From an uncultured Aestuariivirga sp. (GTDB lineage: Bacteria; Pseudomonadota; Alphaproteobacteria; Rhizobiales; Aestuariivirgaceae), in assembly GCA_964530965.1 (NCBI GenBank), contig CAZHCO010000052.1, positions 1-63,733 of the forward strand: a stretch of DNA of 63,733 bases, read 5' to 3'. Within the stretch, counting starts at the first letter, position 1. Each line of letters starts with the position of its first letter. Under the pieces are notes generated by a model. That model saw only the letters and a list, made by a program, of their open reading frames with translations, was not told where the DNA came from and ran no database searches. The translations under genes and the position numbers were made by a program. This document shows positions 48,286-58,056 of the stretch, in pieces.

Positions 48286-49797
48286 CTAAGCCGCGAGAAC
48301 CGCGTTCAACTCCTCGAGAATTATTTTGCGAAGTTCACGGCGCAGCTCGTCCGTTTCCGGATTGCTCACGACAAGAGAGGCCGCAGGTTTTGTAGCCTTC
48401 GGCAGGTTCAGGGGATCAAGCCCTGAGAAGTTACCAAAGGCTTCGCTGGCGTCCTTGTTATAGGCGATGCGCGAATATTGCATGAGATGCTGGGGCGTGA
48501 GGTTATCACTCAGGGATGAGCCGCCAACAAAGCCCGTGCCAATGGTCATGGACGGACCGAGATTAGTTTCATAGCCGGCAGCGCCAAGCGAGCATCCGGC
48601 ATTGACCGCCACGCGAAGCGCGGGCAGGGCGGCAGCAAAGGCCATGATATTTACCTCGTTCTTGGAATGGATGGCAGCGGAATGGCCGCGGCCCGAATGG
48701 CGCATCATGGAACGCGCCGCAGAGATCGCCTGATCAATATTGCTGACGCGTGCAAAGGCCAGAACCGGGCAGAGCTTTTCGCGCACCATTTTTTCTTCCG
48801 GTTGCACGAGGTCAACTGTTGTCACCAGAATTTTTGCATTAGGGGCGGAGAAGCCAGCTTCCTTTGCGATGAAGCTGGCATCCTTGCCAATCATCGCCGT
48901 GTTGAAGCCGGTATCAGTGAACAGCAATTGACGCAGCTTCTGGGTTTCGTCAGGTGAACAGATATGTGCACCTTCCGTTTTCAATGCGGCAAGGAATGTG
49001 TCCGCGATATTCGTGAAAGCCAGTACCGTAGATTCATTGGTGCAGAGAATGGAATTGTCGAAGGCCTTTGACGTCACAATCCGCTTGGCGGCAAGTTTCA
49101 TGTCCGCCGTATCATCAACCAGCACAGGCGCATTGCCCGGACCCACACCATAGGCCGGATTGCCCGATCGATAGGCGGCCTTCACAACCGAGGGACCACC
49201 TGTGGCGATAATCAAATCAATGCGGTCATCGGCGATAAGTTTTTCAATGAGCGGAATATTGGGTTCCTCAAGCACCTGAATAATACCGTCGGGCGCACCC
49301 GCAACCTTTGCCGCTTCCGCCAGCATACGCGCTGCATCGGCACAGCAGGCCTTGGCACCGGGATGGGGACTCAGGATGATCGCATTCCGAGTCATGAGAG
49401 CAAGCAGGGTTTTGAAATAAACCGTAGCCACCGGATTGGTGACCGGGATAAGCGCAAAAATCACTCCCGCCGGGCGTGGCAATTCGACAATCTTCTTGGC
49501 TGCGTCAATCCGGGGACTCATGAAATCTGTGTTGGAATACAAATCCACGAGGCCCTTTGAGCAGGCTTCATTTTTCAGCCGCTTGTGGTCAACTACACCC
49601 ATGCCGGTTTCGCGTACTGCCCATTCGGCGTAGTGCTGCGCCTTGGCGTGACCGGCGGCAGCCACCGCTGAGACAATGCGCTGAGTCGCCGCGCGGTCAA
49701 GCTTCTGAAACCGCGTGGCACCCCAGCGGGCCCGGTCCAGCATCATACGGGCCTGTTCGAGGGCCGCATCGGGCACTTTCAACAGAGCTTCACTCAT
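48286..49797 (-). CDS. Acylating aldehyde dehydrogenase (PduP/EutE-like) with C-terminal encapsulation-peptide-like helix
   Basis: IPVTNP, SPHP, ATGG, G.GPGN.P, SKAFDN...C (catalytic Cys), EKL.PVL, GHSA.IHS; tail ELRRELRKIILEELNAVL. Confidence 0.92.
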   Translation of the reverse strand: MSEALLKVPDAALEQARMMLDRARWGATRFQKLDRAATQRIVSAVAAAGHAKAQHYAEWAVRETGMGVVDHKRLKNEACSKGLVDLYSNTDFMSPRIDAAKKIVELPRPAGVIFALIPVTNPVATVYFKTLLALMTRNAIILSPHPGAKACCADAARMLAEAAKVAGAPDGIIQVLEEPNIPLIEKLIADDRIDLIIATGGPSVVKAAYRSGNPAYGVGPGNAPVLVDDTADMKLAAKRIVTSKAFDNSILCTNESTVLAFTNIADTFLAALKTEGAHICSPDETQKLRQLLFTDTGFNTAMIGKDASFIAKEAGFSAPNAKILVTTVDLVQPEEKMVREKLCPVLAFARVSNIDQAISAARSMMRHSGRGHSAAIHSKNEVNIMAFAAALPALRVAVNAGCSLGAAGYETNLGPSMTIGTGFVGGSSLSDNLTPQHLMQYSRIAYNKDASEAFGNFSGLDPLNLPKATKPAASLVVSNPETDELRRELRKIILEELNAVLAA

Positions 49798-49807
49798 GGC
49801 ACGCTCC

Positions 49808-51088
49808 TCAATTTACTTTGTCTGCACTGCGCAACAATTCGCGCGCCCGCGGCATGGCCGCGTCAAACCGGTCGAGAATTTCCTGGCACATGACGGCACT
49901 CAGCAGAACGCCGGGCTTCCATTGCAACACCCGCTTGTCGAGGGAGGAAAAAATCGCCCACACGCCGTGCTCATAAAGGGCCCGTGAAACCGACACAGCG
50001 CCTTCCGGATGATTGAATTCAAGGCCGAGGATCACGCCTTTCTGGCGTACTCCGTTGAAGATATCGCCATGGCGTTCCATCATTTCCTGCATGCCCTCGC
50101 GAAAGAAATCCGTAACCGTATGAACATTAGCAATGGTTTCTTTCCGCAGCAGCATTTCGATAACCTTGTGGGCCACGATGCAGCCGAGCTCGGCGCCGCC
50201 CGAGGTGCTGATGTGGGCGGCACCATCTTCATTCAGCCATTCGCCTGTACGCTCATTCACCAGACAGGCACTGATCGGATAGAGCCCGCCGGAGAGCCCC
50301 TTGGCCGTCACCATGATGTCGGGTTGGACTCCATAGGCCTGCCAGCCCCACATGAAACCAGTACGCATCAGGCCGGTCTGCACTTCATCGGCGATATACA
50401 TGGCGCCGTATTTTTCGCACAGCGCCTTGCAGGCATTGAGATAGCCATCCTTCGGCATCGGAAAGCCGTAGGTGGCGGGAATGGTTTCCATGATCAGCGC
50501 CGCGCAGTCATTTCCCTTGAGGGCAGTTTCCATGGCGGCAATACTGTTGAAGGGAACCTGGATAAAGGTTTCGGGCTGATCACTGAGAAAAATCTTGGTG
50601 AAACGATCATCACCTGTGGCAACGGCCAAGCCCGAATGCCCGTGATAGCCCTTGATGATGGAGACGATCTTGCGTCGCTTCGTTGCATAACGCGCACTCT
50701 TGATGGCGATATCAACCGCCTCGGCCCCGCCCGGCGCAAACACCGCATACTTCATCCCCGGCGAAACCTTGATCAACGATTCCGCCAGTGCGGCGCGCGC
50801 TACCGAAGGGAACCAGTGATTGCCAATATCAAAATAATCCAACGCACCTTTGAGCGTTTCAACCAGTTCCGGGTGCCGGTGGCCCAGGTTGTAGGTGCCG
50901 CCATTGAGATGCAGGTCGATAAGCCGGCGTCCGCTCATGTCGTAGAGGCAGTAGCCCTCGCGCCTGTCAATGACGAGATCGATGCCCGCCTTCTGCCAGA
51001 ACTTGGTTTTGTCGGGGTTCCAATAGGTGATGGCTTTGTCAAAGAGCGCCTGTTTGGATTCAAACCGGAAATGACCGTAGTCAAACAT
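49808..51088 (-). CDS. Class III PLP-dependent enzyme (aminotransferase fold; probable aminoalcohol O-phosphate phospho-lyase)
   Basis: NLGH.HP, GAEA, GYHG, IADEVQTGLMRTG, PDI...AKGLSGG; ATG at 51088 with AAGGAG RBS. Confidence 0.85.
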   Translation of the reverse strand: MFDYGHFRFESKQALFDKAITYWNPDKTKFWQKAGIDLVIDRREGYCLYDMSGRRLIDLHLNGGTYNLGHRHPELVETLKGALDYFDIGNHWFPSVARAALAESLIKVSPGMKYAVFAPGGAEAVDIAIKSARYATKRRKIVSIIKGYHGHSGLAVATGDDRFTKIFLSDQPETFIQVPFNSIAAMETALKGNDCAALIMETIPATYGFPMPKDGYLNACKALCEKYGAMYIADEVQTGLMRTGFMWGWQAYGVQPDIMVTAKGLSGGLYPISACLVNERTGEWLNEDGAAHISTSGGAELGCIVAHKVIEMLLRKETIANVHTVTDFFREGMQEMMERHGDIFNGVRQKGVILGLEFNHPEGAVSVSRALYEHGVWAIFSSLDKRVLQWKPGVLLSAVMCQEILDRFDAAMPRARELLRSADKVN

Positions 51089-51116
51089 CTGTGGCTCCTT
51101 CGGGCATATTTTGCCC

Positions 51117-51180
51117 GACATAAAACATAAATTGATGCAAGCACAGCAAAATTATGTTGTCAAGTGGTCATTTTATGTTT
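51117..51180. promoter_or_regulatory. Candidate operator in the divergent promoter of the BMC operon and DeoR gene
   Basis: ACATAA at 51118 and 51125, and its complement TTATGT at 51152 and 51173, in an AT-rich intergenic region. Confidence 0.5.
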
Positions 51181-51228
51181 AGTCTGGTCAAGAATTGTAG
51201 GAAGTCGAAATCCTGTCATAGAAGTGTG

Positions 51229-52005
51229 ATGTCCAAGCCCGATTCCCGATTGAGCAAGAATGACCGTCAGGCGCGTATCGTGGCCGAGCTGCGCGGAACG
51301 CCCACCTTGCGCGTGAACGAACTCGCGGACTTGTTGACGGTTTCCACCGAAACCGCGCGCCGTGACCTTGCCGAACTCGCCGAACGTGGCCTGATCAACC
51401 GCACCTACGGCGGGGCCATGCGGCCCGTGAGTTTTGAGCCTGCCCTTGCCGAGCGCGAAAGTTTGATGGTGGCCGAACGCGAACGCATCGCATCAGCTAC
51501 GGTGAAACTCATCTCGTCTGGCGACATTCTCATGATTGGCGGTGGCGCAACGACGCTTCAATTTGCCCGGCGCTTGGCAGTGGAATGCAACCATCTCACC
51601 ATCATCACCCATTCCTTCAGCATCGCCATGGCGCTGGCCTCCAATCCATCGCACAAAATTCTGATGCTGCCCGGACAATATGATGGCCGCGAGGGCCTGA
51701 TCCACGGGGCAGAGACGATTGATGCCCTGCAACGCTTCCGCGCCAGCAAGGCGTTATTGGGAGCGAGCGGCATTACGGCGGAAGGCCCCAATGACGCAGG
51801 CGTCGGACCGGGTTTAATCTACGGCGCCATGATCCGCAGGGCCTCGGAGATAATTATTCTGGCCGATCATACAAAATTTGATCGTCCGTCACTGTCGGTC
51901 TACGGGGAATGGTCGGCGAACATGACATTGGTTTCCGATCAGGCGCCGGAGGGAGCCGTGGCTTCCGCGTTAAAACAAGCGCACGTGAAAGTCGTACGCG
52001 CCTGA
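51229..52005 (+). CDS. DeoR/GlpR family transcriptional regulator
   Basis: RQ.RI, VS.ET.RRDL.EL, R.YGGA, DeoR C-terminal sensor with ADH.KF. Confidence 0.93.
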   Translation: MSKPDSRLSKNDRQARIVAELRGTPTLRVNELADLLTVSTETARRDLAELAERGLINRTYGGAMRPVSFEPALAERESLMVAERERIASATVKLISSGDILMIGGGATTLQFARRLAVECNHLTIITHSFSIAMALASNPSHKILMLPGQYDGREGLIHGAETIDALQRFRASKALLGASGITAEGPNDAGVGPGLIYGAMIRRASEIIILADHTKFDRPSLSVYGEWSANMTLVSDQAPEGAVASALKQAHVKVVRA

Positions 52006-52006
52006 G

Positions 52007-53695
52007 TTAATACTTCGCGTCTGGCGCACCGGCAAAGGCATCGACAGGACTCACGCCAGTGAAAGGCGCTTCACCCAACAATCGTTGCACCACCGCTTCC
52101 TGAGCGCTCTCAATCGTAGAATAGGCATTGATGTAGGTAGGCACGCGCGGTGCATCGAACAGGAAATAGGGATGACCAAAGGAAATTATGATGGTCGGCA
52201 CATCATGCCAATAGCGTGTCATGGTTTCCGGAAATTGCGGATGCTCCGCCGCCCAATCAATGTAGATGCGCGAAAGCGTTAGTGAAGATTCAACCGCCAG
52301 CACATAGATCAGGAGGTCGGTGTTTTCCTTCGTTGGCGGGTCCTTTGGGTCATAGTCGCGTATGGCAAACCCGCGCTTCTCCAATTCCTCCATGATTGCA
52401 GTGACGGGCTTGCGGGGAACGCCCGGAATTAAACTGGGGCTGCCGCGATTCACCAGCGTGATGCGCTTATGCTTTGCCGGATTGATGGGCAGCGTGTGCC
52501 TGGTGTCCTTGACCAGGGTAATGGATTGCTCAACTGCCTTTTTTGCAATGGCTTGATGTCCAGTTGAATTGGCAAGTCCCTTGGCATGCTCCAAAGGCGG
52601 CACGCGCTCATCAAGAGATTTTCGATGCAGGCCAAGGGCCGCCTTCAAACCAAGAATGCGCGTGACGGCATCCTCAAGTCGCTGCTCTGACAGTACCCCC
52701 TTGCGCAAACCATCGCGCATGAACTGAATGTCGCGCCCTTCATTTTCAGCGAAAAGGAATACGTCGCAGCCGTTTTCGATTGTCTCCGGCACCATAGTTT
52801 CCCGGCTTGCCCACGAGCCAAATCCAGCCATGGACGTTGCATCTGAAACAACCAGTCCATTAAAACCCAAATGCCCGCGCAGCAGATCAATGTTCAAGAG
52901 TTTTGAAACCGAGGCAGGGCGATAACGCTCAAGGCCATCGGCCACGCCGCACTTTGCAGCCCAGCTTGGCAAGGCAATGTGGCCAGACATCACCGCCATG
53001 ACGTTCGCGTCAAACATTGTGCGATAGATGCGGCCAAATATTTTTTCCCATTCTTCGAAGGACAATGGGTTGATGGTGGTAAGGAGATGCTGGTCGCGGG
53101 AATCGAAACCTTCGCCCGGCCAATGCTTGGCGGTAGCAGCAATGCCGTGCGATTGCATGGTTTTGATGTTCACCAACGCCTGTGCGATGATTTTTTCAAC
53201 GTCCGATCCATAGGATCGCGTGCCAACTATCGCGCTGGCGGTTTCCTTGTTCACATCAACCACGGGTGTGAACGACCAGTTGTAGCCCATGGCAGCACCT
53301 TCGGCGGCGAGCACACCAACGGACTTTGCCGAGATTTCGAGGTCATTTGCAGCGGCAAGGCCAAGTTGATTGGTGACTTGCGTAAATGCCGGCGACAAAT
53401 GCCCGCCGCCTTCCAGATCACCCGTGATCAGCAAAGGAATTTCGCTGGCTTCCACCGCCCGGCGTGTGCCTTTCCAGGCTGCTTCAAGATCAGCACCCAT
53501 GAAGCGATGAATGCCGCCGGGCTTTGTTGCGGCCAGACGATCAATGTTGGCCGGATCATCACCCATGGTGATGTGAACAAAGAGCTGGCGCACTTTGTCT
53601 TCCGTGCTCATGCCGCTGACTGTTTTTTCAACCCATGCCAAATCGGCAGCGGTGAGCGAGAAGGGTGGTTTTGTTAAGCTGCCCAGGACTAACAT
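52007..53695 (-). CDS. Glycoside hydrolase family 3 (NagZ/Nag3-like)
   Basis: DLEGG, PVVDV, RSYG.D, KHWPGEGFDSRDQH, LLR..LGF.GL.VSDA (nucleophile Asp), SITLVK; no signal peptide. Confidence 0.92.
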   Translation of the reverse strand: MLVLGSLTKPPFSLTAADLAWVEKTVSGMSTEDKVRQLFVHITMGDDPANIDRLAATKPGGIHRFMGADLEAAWKGTRRAVEASEIPLLITGDLEGGGHLSPAFTQVTNQLGLAAANDLEISAKSVGVLAAEGAAMGYNWSFTPVVDVNKETASAIVGTRSYGSDVEKIIAQALVNIKTMQSHGIAATAKHWPGEGFDSRDQHLLTTINPLSFEEWEKIFGRIYRTMFDANVMAVMSGHIALPSWAAKCGVADGLERYRPASVSKLLNIDLLRGHLGFNGLVVSDATSMAGFGSWASRETMVPETIENGCDVFLFAENEGRDIQFMRDGLRKGVLSEQRLEDAVTRILGLKAALGLHRKSLDERVPPLEHAKGLANSTGHQAIAKKAVEQSITLVKDTRHTLPINPAKHKRITLVNRGSPSLIPGVPRKPVTAIMEELEKRGFAIRDYDPKDPPTKENTDLLIYVLAVESSLTLSRIYIDWAAEHPQFPETMTRYWHDVPTIIISFGHPYFLFDAPRVPTYINAYSTIESAQEAVVQRLLGEAPFTGVSPVDAFAGAPDAKY

Positions 53696-54363
53696 TATTG
53701 ATCTCTCATTTTGAGAATATCCCATATCTCGTCAAAGTGGGACACGAGATAATCGGGTCCATATTCGATGACAGGCTTCGGCGTATAGCCGAAGGAAACG
53801 GCAACAATGGGCACACCTGCGGCACGCGCCGTCAAGATATCGATCTCGCTGTCTCCAACCATGATGGAATCAGACGGCGCCACGCCCAATCGCTTCACCG
53901 TTTCAAGATAGGGTGCTGCATCGGGCTTGGCGATGCCAATGGTATCAGGCCCCACGATGGTCCCGAGAAAACGGCTGAGATCCAGCGTATCGAGCAGGAG
54001 ACGCGACAGGCCCTCTGGTTTGTTGGTGCACACCCCCGCCTTGATGCCGGAATCCGTGAGCCGTTTGAGCAACGCAACGACGCCCGGGAAAATTTCGCTG
54101 CGGTCCGCCGTGTGGCCTTCATAATGGCGCAGGAATTCCGCGTGATAATAAGTAAGCGATGCTTCATCAATGGCATCCCCGGTGGCCGCCACGCCGCGCT
54201 CGATCAATTTTCTGGCGCCGCGCCCCACAAAGGCGCGCACTTCCGGCATGGTAATGGGCCGCCGCTTGAGCAGCGCAAGCACATGGTTGGTGGCCGCCAT
54301 GAGATCGGGCGCCGTGTCCACCAGCGTTCCGTCCAGATCGAAAACCACGGCCTTAACAGTCAT
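53695..54363 (-). CDS. gph: Phosphoglycolate phosphatase (HAD family)
   Basis: FDLDGTLVDTAPDL, CTNKP, KPD, MVGDSEID; TAATG coupling to the GH3 gene. Confidence 0.9.
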   Translation of the reverse strand: MTVKAVVFDLDGTLVDTAPDLMAATNHVLALLKRRPITMPEVRAFVGRGARKLIERGVAATGDAIDEASLTYYHAEFLRHYEGHTADRSEIFPGVVALLKRLTDSGIKAGVCTNKPEGLSRLLLDTLDLSRFLGTIVGPDTIGIAKPDAAPYLETVKRLGVAPSDSIMVGDSEIDILTARAAGVPIVAVSFGYTPKPVIEYGPDYLVSHFDEIWDILKMRDQ

Positions 54364-54442
54364 GTAATCCCCACAATTCAGGCATGTTTGAGTAGTCTTG
54401 AACCTTGTGCTATCACGCCGCCAACTTGAAGTGGAGAGTGCT

Positions 54443-55918
54443 ATGGATATCCGTAAAACGCGAGGCTTGAGCGACATACTCAAAGACAAGTCGTTGCTCA
54501 AGGACAAATGCTACATTGATGGCAAATGGCTGGGTGCTGCCAAATCGATAGATGTCACAAACCCGGTGAACGAGAGCGTGATCGGCTCCATTCCCTTCAT
54601 GGGTAAGGCCGAAACAAAGCAGGCCATTGAAGCAGCCGAACGCGCCCAAAAGGACTGGGCCAGGAGAACGGCCAAGGAACGCGCCGGCCTCTTGCGAAAA
54701 TGGTTCACCCTGATGATGGAGAACCAGGAAGACCTGGCCCAGATCATGACGGCGGAGCAGGGCAAGCCTCTCACCGAGTCGCGCGGCGAAATTGCCTATG
54801 GCGCTTCTTTCATTGAATTCTTCGCCGAAGAGGCCCGCCGCATCTATGGCGAGACCATCCCTTCGCCATTTCCCAATGGCCGCATGGTTGTGATCAAGCA
54901 ACCCGTGGGCGTTGTGGCGGCGATCACACCTTGGAATTTCCCTAATGCAATGATCACCCGCAAGGCCGGACCGGCACTTGCCGCAGGCTGCGCCTTCGTC
55001 TGCAAGCCCGCATCCGAAACGCCGTTGTCTGCCCTTGCGATGGCAGAATTGGCGCACCGCGCCGGAATTCCTGCCGGTGTTTTCTCGGTTGTTACTGGAT
55101 CGGCCCGCGAGATCGGCGCCGAAATGACCGGAAATCCAATCGTCCGTGCCCTGACTTTCACGGGCTCGACCGAAATTGGCCGCCTGCTCATGGCCCAATG
55201 CGCCCCAACCATCAAGAAGCTCGGTCTCGAACTCGGCGGCAATGCGCCATTCATCGTATTTGATGACGCGGATCTGGATGCTGCCGTAGCCGGTGCCATG
55301 ATTTCAAAGTATCGCAATGCAGGCCAGACCTGCGTGTGCGCCAACCGTCTGCTCGTGCAGGAAGGTGTTTACGAGAAGTTCGCCGAGAAACTTGCCGTTG
55401 CCGTAAAGAACCTGAAAGTGGGCGATGGAGTTGAGGCAGGTGTCACCACCGGCCCGTTGATCAACAAGGCCGCCGTTGCCAAGGTGCAGGAACACATCAC
55501 CGACGCCGTGAGCAAAGGTGCGAAAGTCGTGGTCGGCGGCAAGGCGCTGGGCGGAAATTTCTTTGAGCCAACGCTGCTGCGTGATGTCACAACCGACATG
55601 GCCGTTTCGCGCGAAGAAACCTTCGGCCCCGTGGCTCCTCTCTTCAAGTTCAAAACTGAAGAAGAAGCCATTGCCATGGCCAACAACACCGAGTTTGGCC
55701 TCGCCTGCTACTTCTATACCCGCGACATTGGCCGCGTCTGGCGCGTGGGCGAAGCGCTGGACTATGGCATGGTTGGTATCAATGAAGGCATCATCTCAAC
55801 TTCCGAAGCGCCCTTCGGCGGCATGAAGCAATCGGGCATTGGCCGCGAAGGCTCGCACCATGGCGTGGAAGAATATCTCGAAATGAAATACATGCTCATG
55901 GGAGGCCTCGGCAAATGA
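54443..55918 (+). CDS. gabD: NAD(P)-dependent succinate-semialdehyde dehydrogenase
   Basis: [60 protein letters not shown]. Confidence 0.93.
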   Translation: MDIRKTRGLSDILKDKSLLKDKCYIDGKWLGAAKSIDVTNPVNESVIGSIPFMGKAETKQAIEAAERAQKDWARRTAKERAGLLRKWFTLMMENQEDLAQIMTAEQGKPLTESRGEIAYGASFIEFFAEEARRIYGETIPSPFPNGRMVVIKQPVGVVAAITPWNFPNAMITRKAGPALAAGCAFVCKPASETPLSALAMAELAHRAGIPAGVFSVVTGSAREIGAEMTGNPIVRALTFTGSTEIGRLLMAQCAPTIKKLGLELGGNAPFIVFDDADLDAAVAGAMISKYRNAGQTCVCANRLLVQEGVYEKFAEKLAVAVKNLKVGDGVEAGVTTGPLINKAAVAKVQEHITDAVSKGAKVVVGGKALGGNFFEPTLLRDVTTDMAVSREETFGPVAPLFKFKTEEEAIAMANNTEFGLACYFYTRDIGRVWRVGEALDYGMVGINEGIISTSEAPFGGMKQSGIGREGSHHGVEEYLEMKYMLMGGLGK

Positions 55919-56610
55919 CGGCAGATCAAATGAAGAAAACGGCCGCCGTTGAGGCCCTCAAATTTGTAAAACCCGGAATGAATATCGGCTTGGGCACAGG
56001 CTCAACCGCCAATCACTTCATCGAAGCGCTTGGCCAAAAAGTGAAGGAAGGCCTCAATGTAAAAGGCGTTCCCACCTCCAAGGCCACCAAGGAACTGGCC
56101 GAGAAGCTCGGCATTCCACTGACCACGCTGGACGCCCAACCCCACCTCGACCTCACCATCGACGGCACCGATGAATTCGACGCCGAATTCCGCCTCATCA
56201 AAGGCGCCGGCGGCGCGCTCCTGTTCGAGAAGATCGTGGCCTCATCGTCGCGCATTATGGTGGTGATTGCCGATGAATCAAAGAAGGTGAAAACACTGGG
56301 CAAGTTTCCCTTGCCCGTCGAAATCATGCGCTTTGGCACCAAGGCTACCGCCTCGAAGATGGAACGCGCCTTCAAGTTTCTTAAGCTTGACGCCAAGATG
56401 GTTTTGCGGGTGAAGGACGGAAAACCTTTTGTCACCGATGGCGGCCATTTCATCATTGATTGCTCGATTGGAGCGATACCTGCGCCGGAAAGGCTGGATG
56501 CCCTGCTGAAAAGCATTCCGGGAGTTGTGGAGACTGGCCTCTTCGTAGGCATTTGCGGCATAGTGCTCATGGGAACGCCCAAGGGCGTGAAAGTGTTCAA
56601 GCGCGGATGA
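55915..56610 (+). CDS. rpiA: Ribose-5-phosphate isomerase A
   Basis: GLGTGST, DG.DE, IKG.GGAL..EKIVA, LG.FPLPVE, TD.G..I.D, PGVVE.GLF. Confidence 0.95.
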   Translation: MTADQMKKTAAVEALKFVKPGMNIGLGTGSTANHFIEALGQKVKEGLNVKGVPTSKATKELAEKLGIPLTTLDAQPHLDLTIDGTDEFDAEFRLIKGAGGALLFEKIVASSSRIMVVIADESKKVKTLGKFPLPVEIMRFGTKATASKMERAFKFLKLDAKMVLRVKDGKPFVTDGGHFIIDCSIGAIPAPERLDALLKSIPGVVETGLFVGICGIVLMGTPKGVKVFKRG

Positions 56611-57968
56611 CTGCTGCCTTCGACTACGATCTTTTCGTCATTGGTGCGGGCTCCGGCGGCGTTCGCGCCGCGCGCGTTGCGGCGAAATATGGCGCGAAAG
56701 TTGCCGTGGCCGAGGAATATCGCGTGGGCGGCACCTGCGTTATCAGGGGCTGTGTTCCTAAAAAACTTTTGGTTTACGCATCCAGATTTGCCGAGGAATT
56801 CGAAGATGCCATAGGCTTTGGCTGGACCAGTGAAAAAGTTTCTTTCGACTGGTCAACCCTGATTGAGAACAAGGACAAGGAAATTGACCGGCTCAACAAG
56901 GCTTATATCCGTAATCTGGAAGGGGCAGGGGCCGAGCTCATTATGGAGCGCGCCGAGGTTCTGGATCGCAACACGGTTCGCCTGGCGTCGGGCAAAAAAA
57001 TTACCGCAAAGCACATTCTTATCGCAACCGGTGCGGCCCCATTTGTTCCCCGCCATTTGCCGGGTCATGAACTGGCAATCACCTCCAACGAAGCCTTTCA
57101 CCTCGAAAAACTGCCGCGCCGAATTTGCATTGTGGGTGGCGGCTACATCGCCGTGGAATTCGCTGGAATCTTCCATGGCTTGGGCGTTGAAACAATCCTG
57201 ATCTATCGCGGCGAACAAATCCTGCGCGGCTTTGATGATGATGTGCGAGCCCACCTTGGCGCTGAAATGCAAAAGAAGGGCATCGAAATCCGCACCCGCG
57301 CCGATGTTTTAAAAATCGAGAAGAGCGGTGATGGCGTTCGTGTAACTCTTGGCGATGGCGCAGCTTTCGGCGCAGGCCACATCATGTTTGCCACGGGCCG
57401 TCTTCCCAACGTTGTGAATCTGGGGTTGGAAAATGCCGGTGTTGAGCTCACCCCTCACTATGCCGTGAAAGTTGATGAATGCTCGCGCACGACCGCCAAC
57501 AATATCTATGCGGTCGGTGACGTCACCAACCGAGTCAATCTCACACCAGTTGCCATCCGCGAAGGCCAGACCTTTGCCGATAATGTATTCGGCGGCGTAG
57601 ATGTGAAGACCGATCACGCACTCATTCCAACGGCGGTTTTCTCCCAGCCGGAAATCGGAACGATTGGCTTGACCGAAGCCCAGGCCCGCAAGGCCAATGC
57701 GAAAATCGACATCTACAAATCAACCTTCCGTCCCATGAAGCACACACTTTCCGGCCGCGATGAACGCACATTGATGAAGCTGGTTGTCGATAGCGAAACC
57801 GACCGCGTATTGGGCTGCCACATCTGCGGCCCCAGTGCCAGCGAAATGGCCCAGCTCTTGGGAATTTCGATCCGGCTCGGCGCCAAGAAGTCAGACTTCG
57901 ATGCAACGATGGCCGTCCACCCAACTGCATCAGAAGAACTGGTCACCATGCGGGAAAAATCATCTTAA
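56607..57968 (+). CDS. gor: Glutathione-disulfide reductase
   Basis: GAGSGG, GGTCVIRGCVPKK redox disulfide, GGGYIAVEFA, LTPVAI.EG, HPT.SEE. Confidence 0.95.
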   Translation: MTAAFDYDLFVIGAGSGGVRAARVAAKYGAKVAVAEEYRVGGTCVIRGCVPKKLLVYASRFAEEFEDAIGFGWTSEKVSFDWSTLIENKDKEIDRLNKAYIRNLEGAGAELIMERAEVLDRNTVRLASGKKITAKHILIATGAAPFVPRHLPGHELAITSNEAFHLEKLPRRICIVGGGYIAVEFAGIFHGLGVETILIYRGEQILRGFDDDVRAHLGAEMQKKGIEIRTRADVLKIEKSGDGVRVTLGDGAAFGAGHIMFATGRLPNVVNLGLENAGVELTPHYAVKVDECSRTTANNIYAVGDVTNRVNLTPVAIREGQTFADNVFGGVDVKTDHALIPTAVFSQPEIGTIGLTEAQARKANAKIDIYKSTFRPMKHTLSGRDERTLMKLVVDSETDRVLGCHICGPSASEMAQLLGISIRLGAKKSDFDATMAVHPTASEELVTMREKSS

Positions 57969-57980
57969 TTAATTAAGTTT

Positions 57981-58046
57981 CGTCATTCCGGCGAAAGCCG
58001 GAATCTGGCTGATGTCGAAAAGATTCCGGCGTTCGCCGGAATGACG
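57981..58046. repeat. REP-like double-hairpin palindromic element
   Basis: CGTCATTCCGGC-GAAA-GCCGGAATCT ... AGATTCCGGC-GTTC-GCCGGAATGACG between convergent gor and sthA. Confidence 0.85.
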
Positions 58047-58056
58047 GTACTTGGAG

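Noticed and set aside
36661-49797. Calling the locus a canonical PDU or EUT microcompartment
   Set aside because: No PduGH, PduL, PduO, PduQ or EutBC; shell set and kinase/PLP/SDR enzymes match the aminoacetone/RMM type.
50009-51130. 373-aa antisense ORF over the PLP enzyme gene
   Set aside because: Lies almost entirely opposite a well-supported gene; no domain signature.
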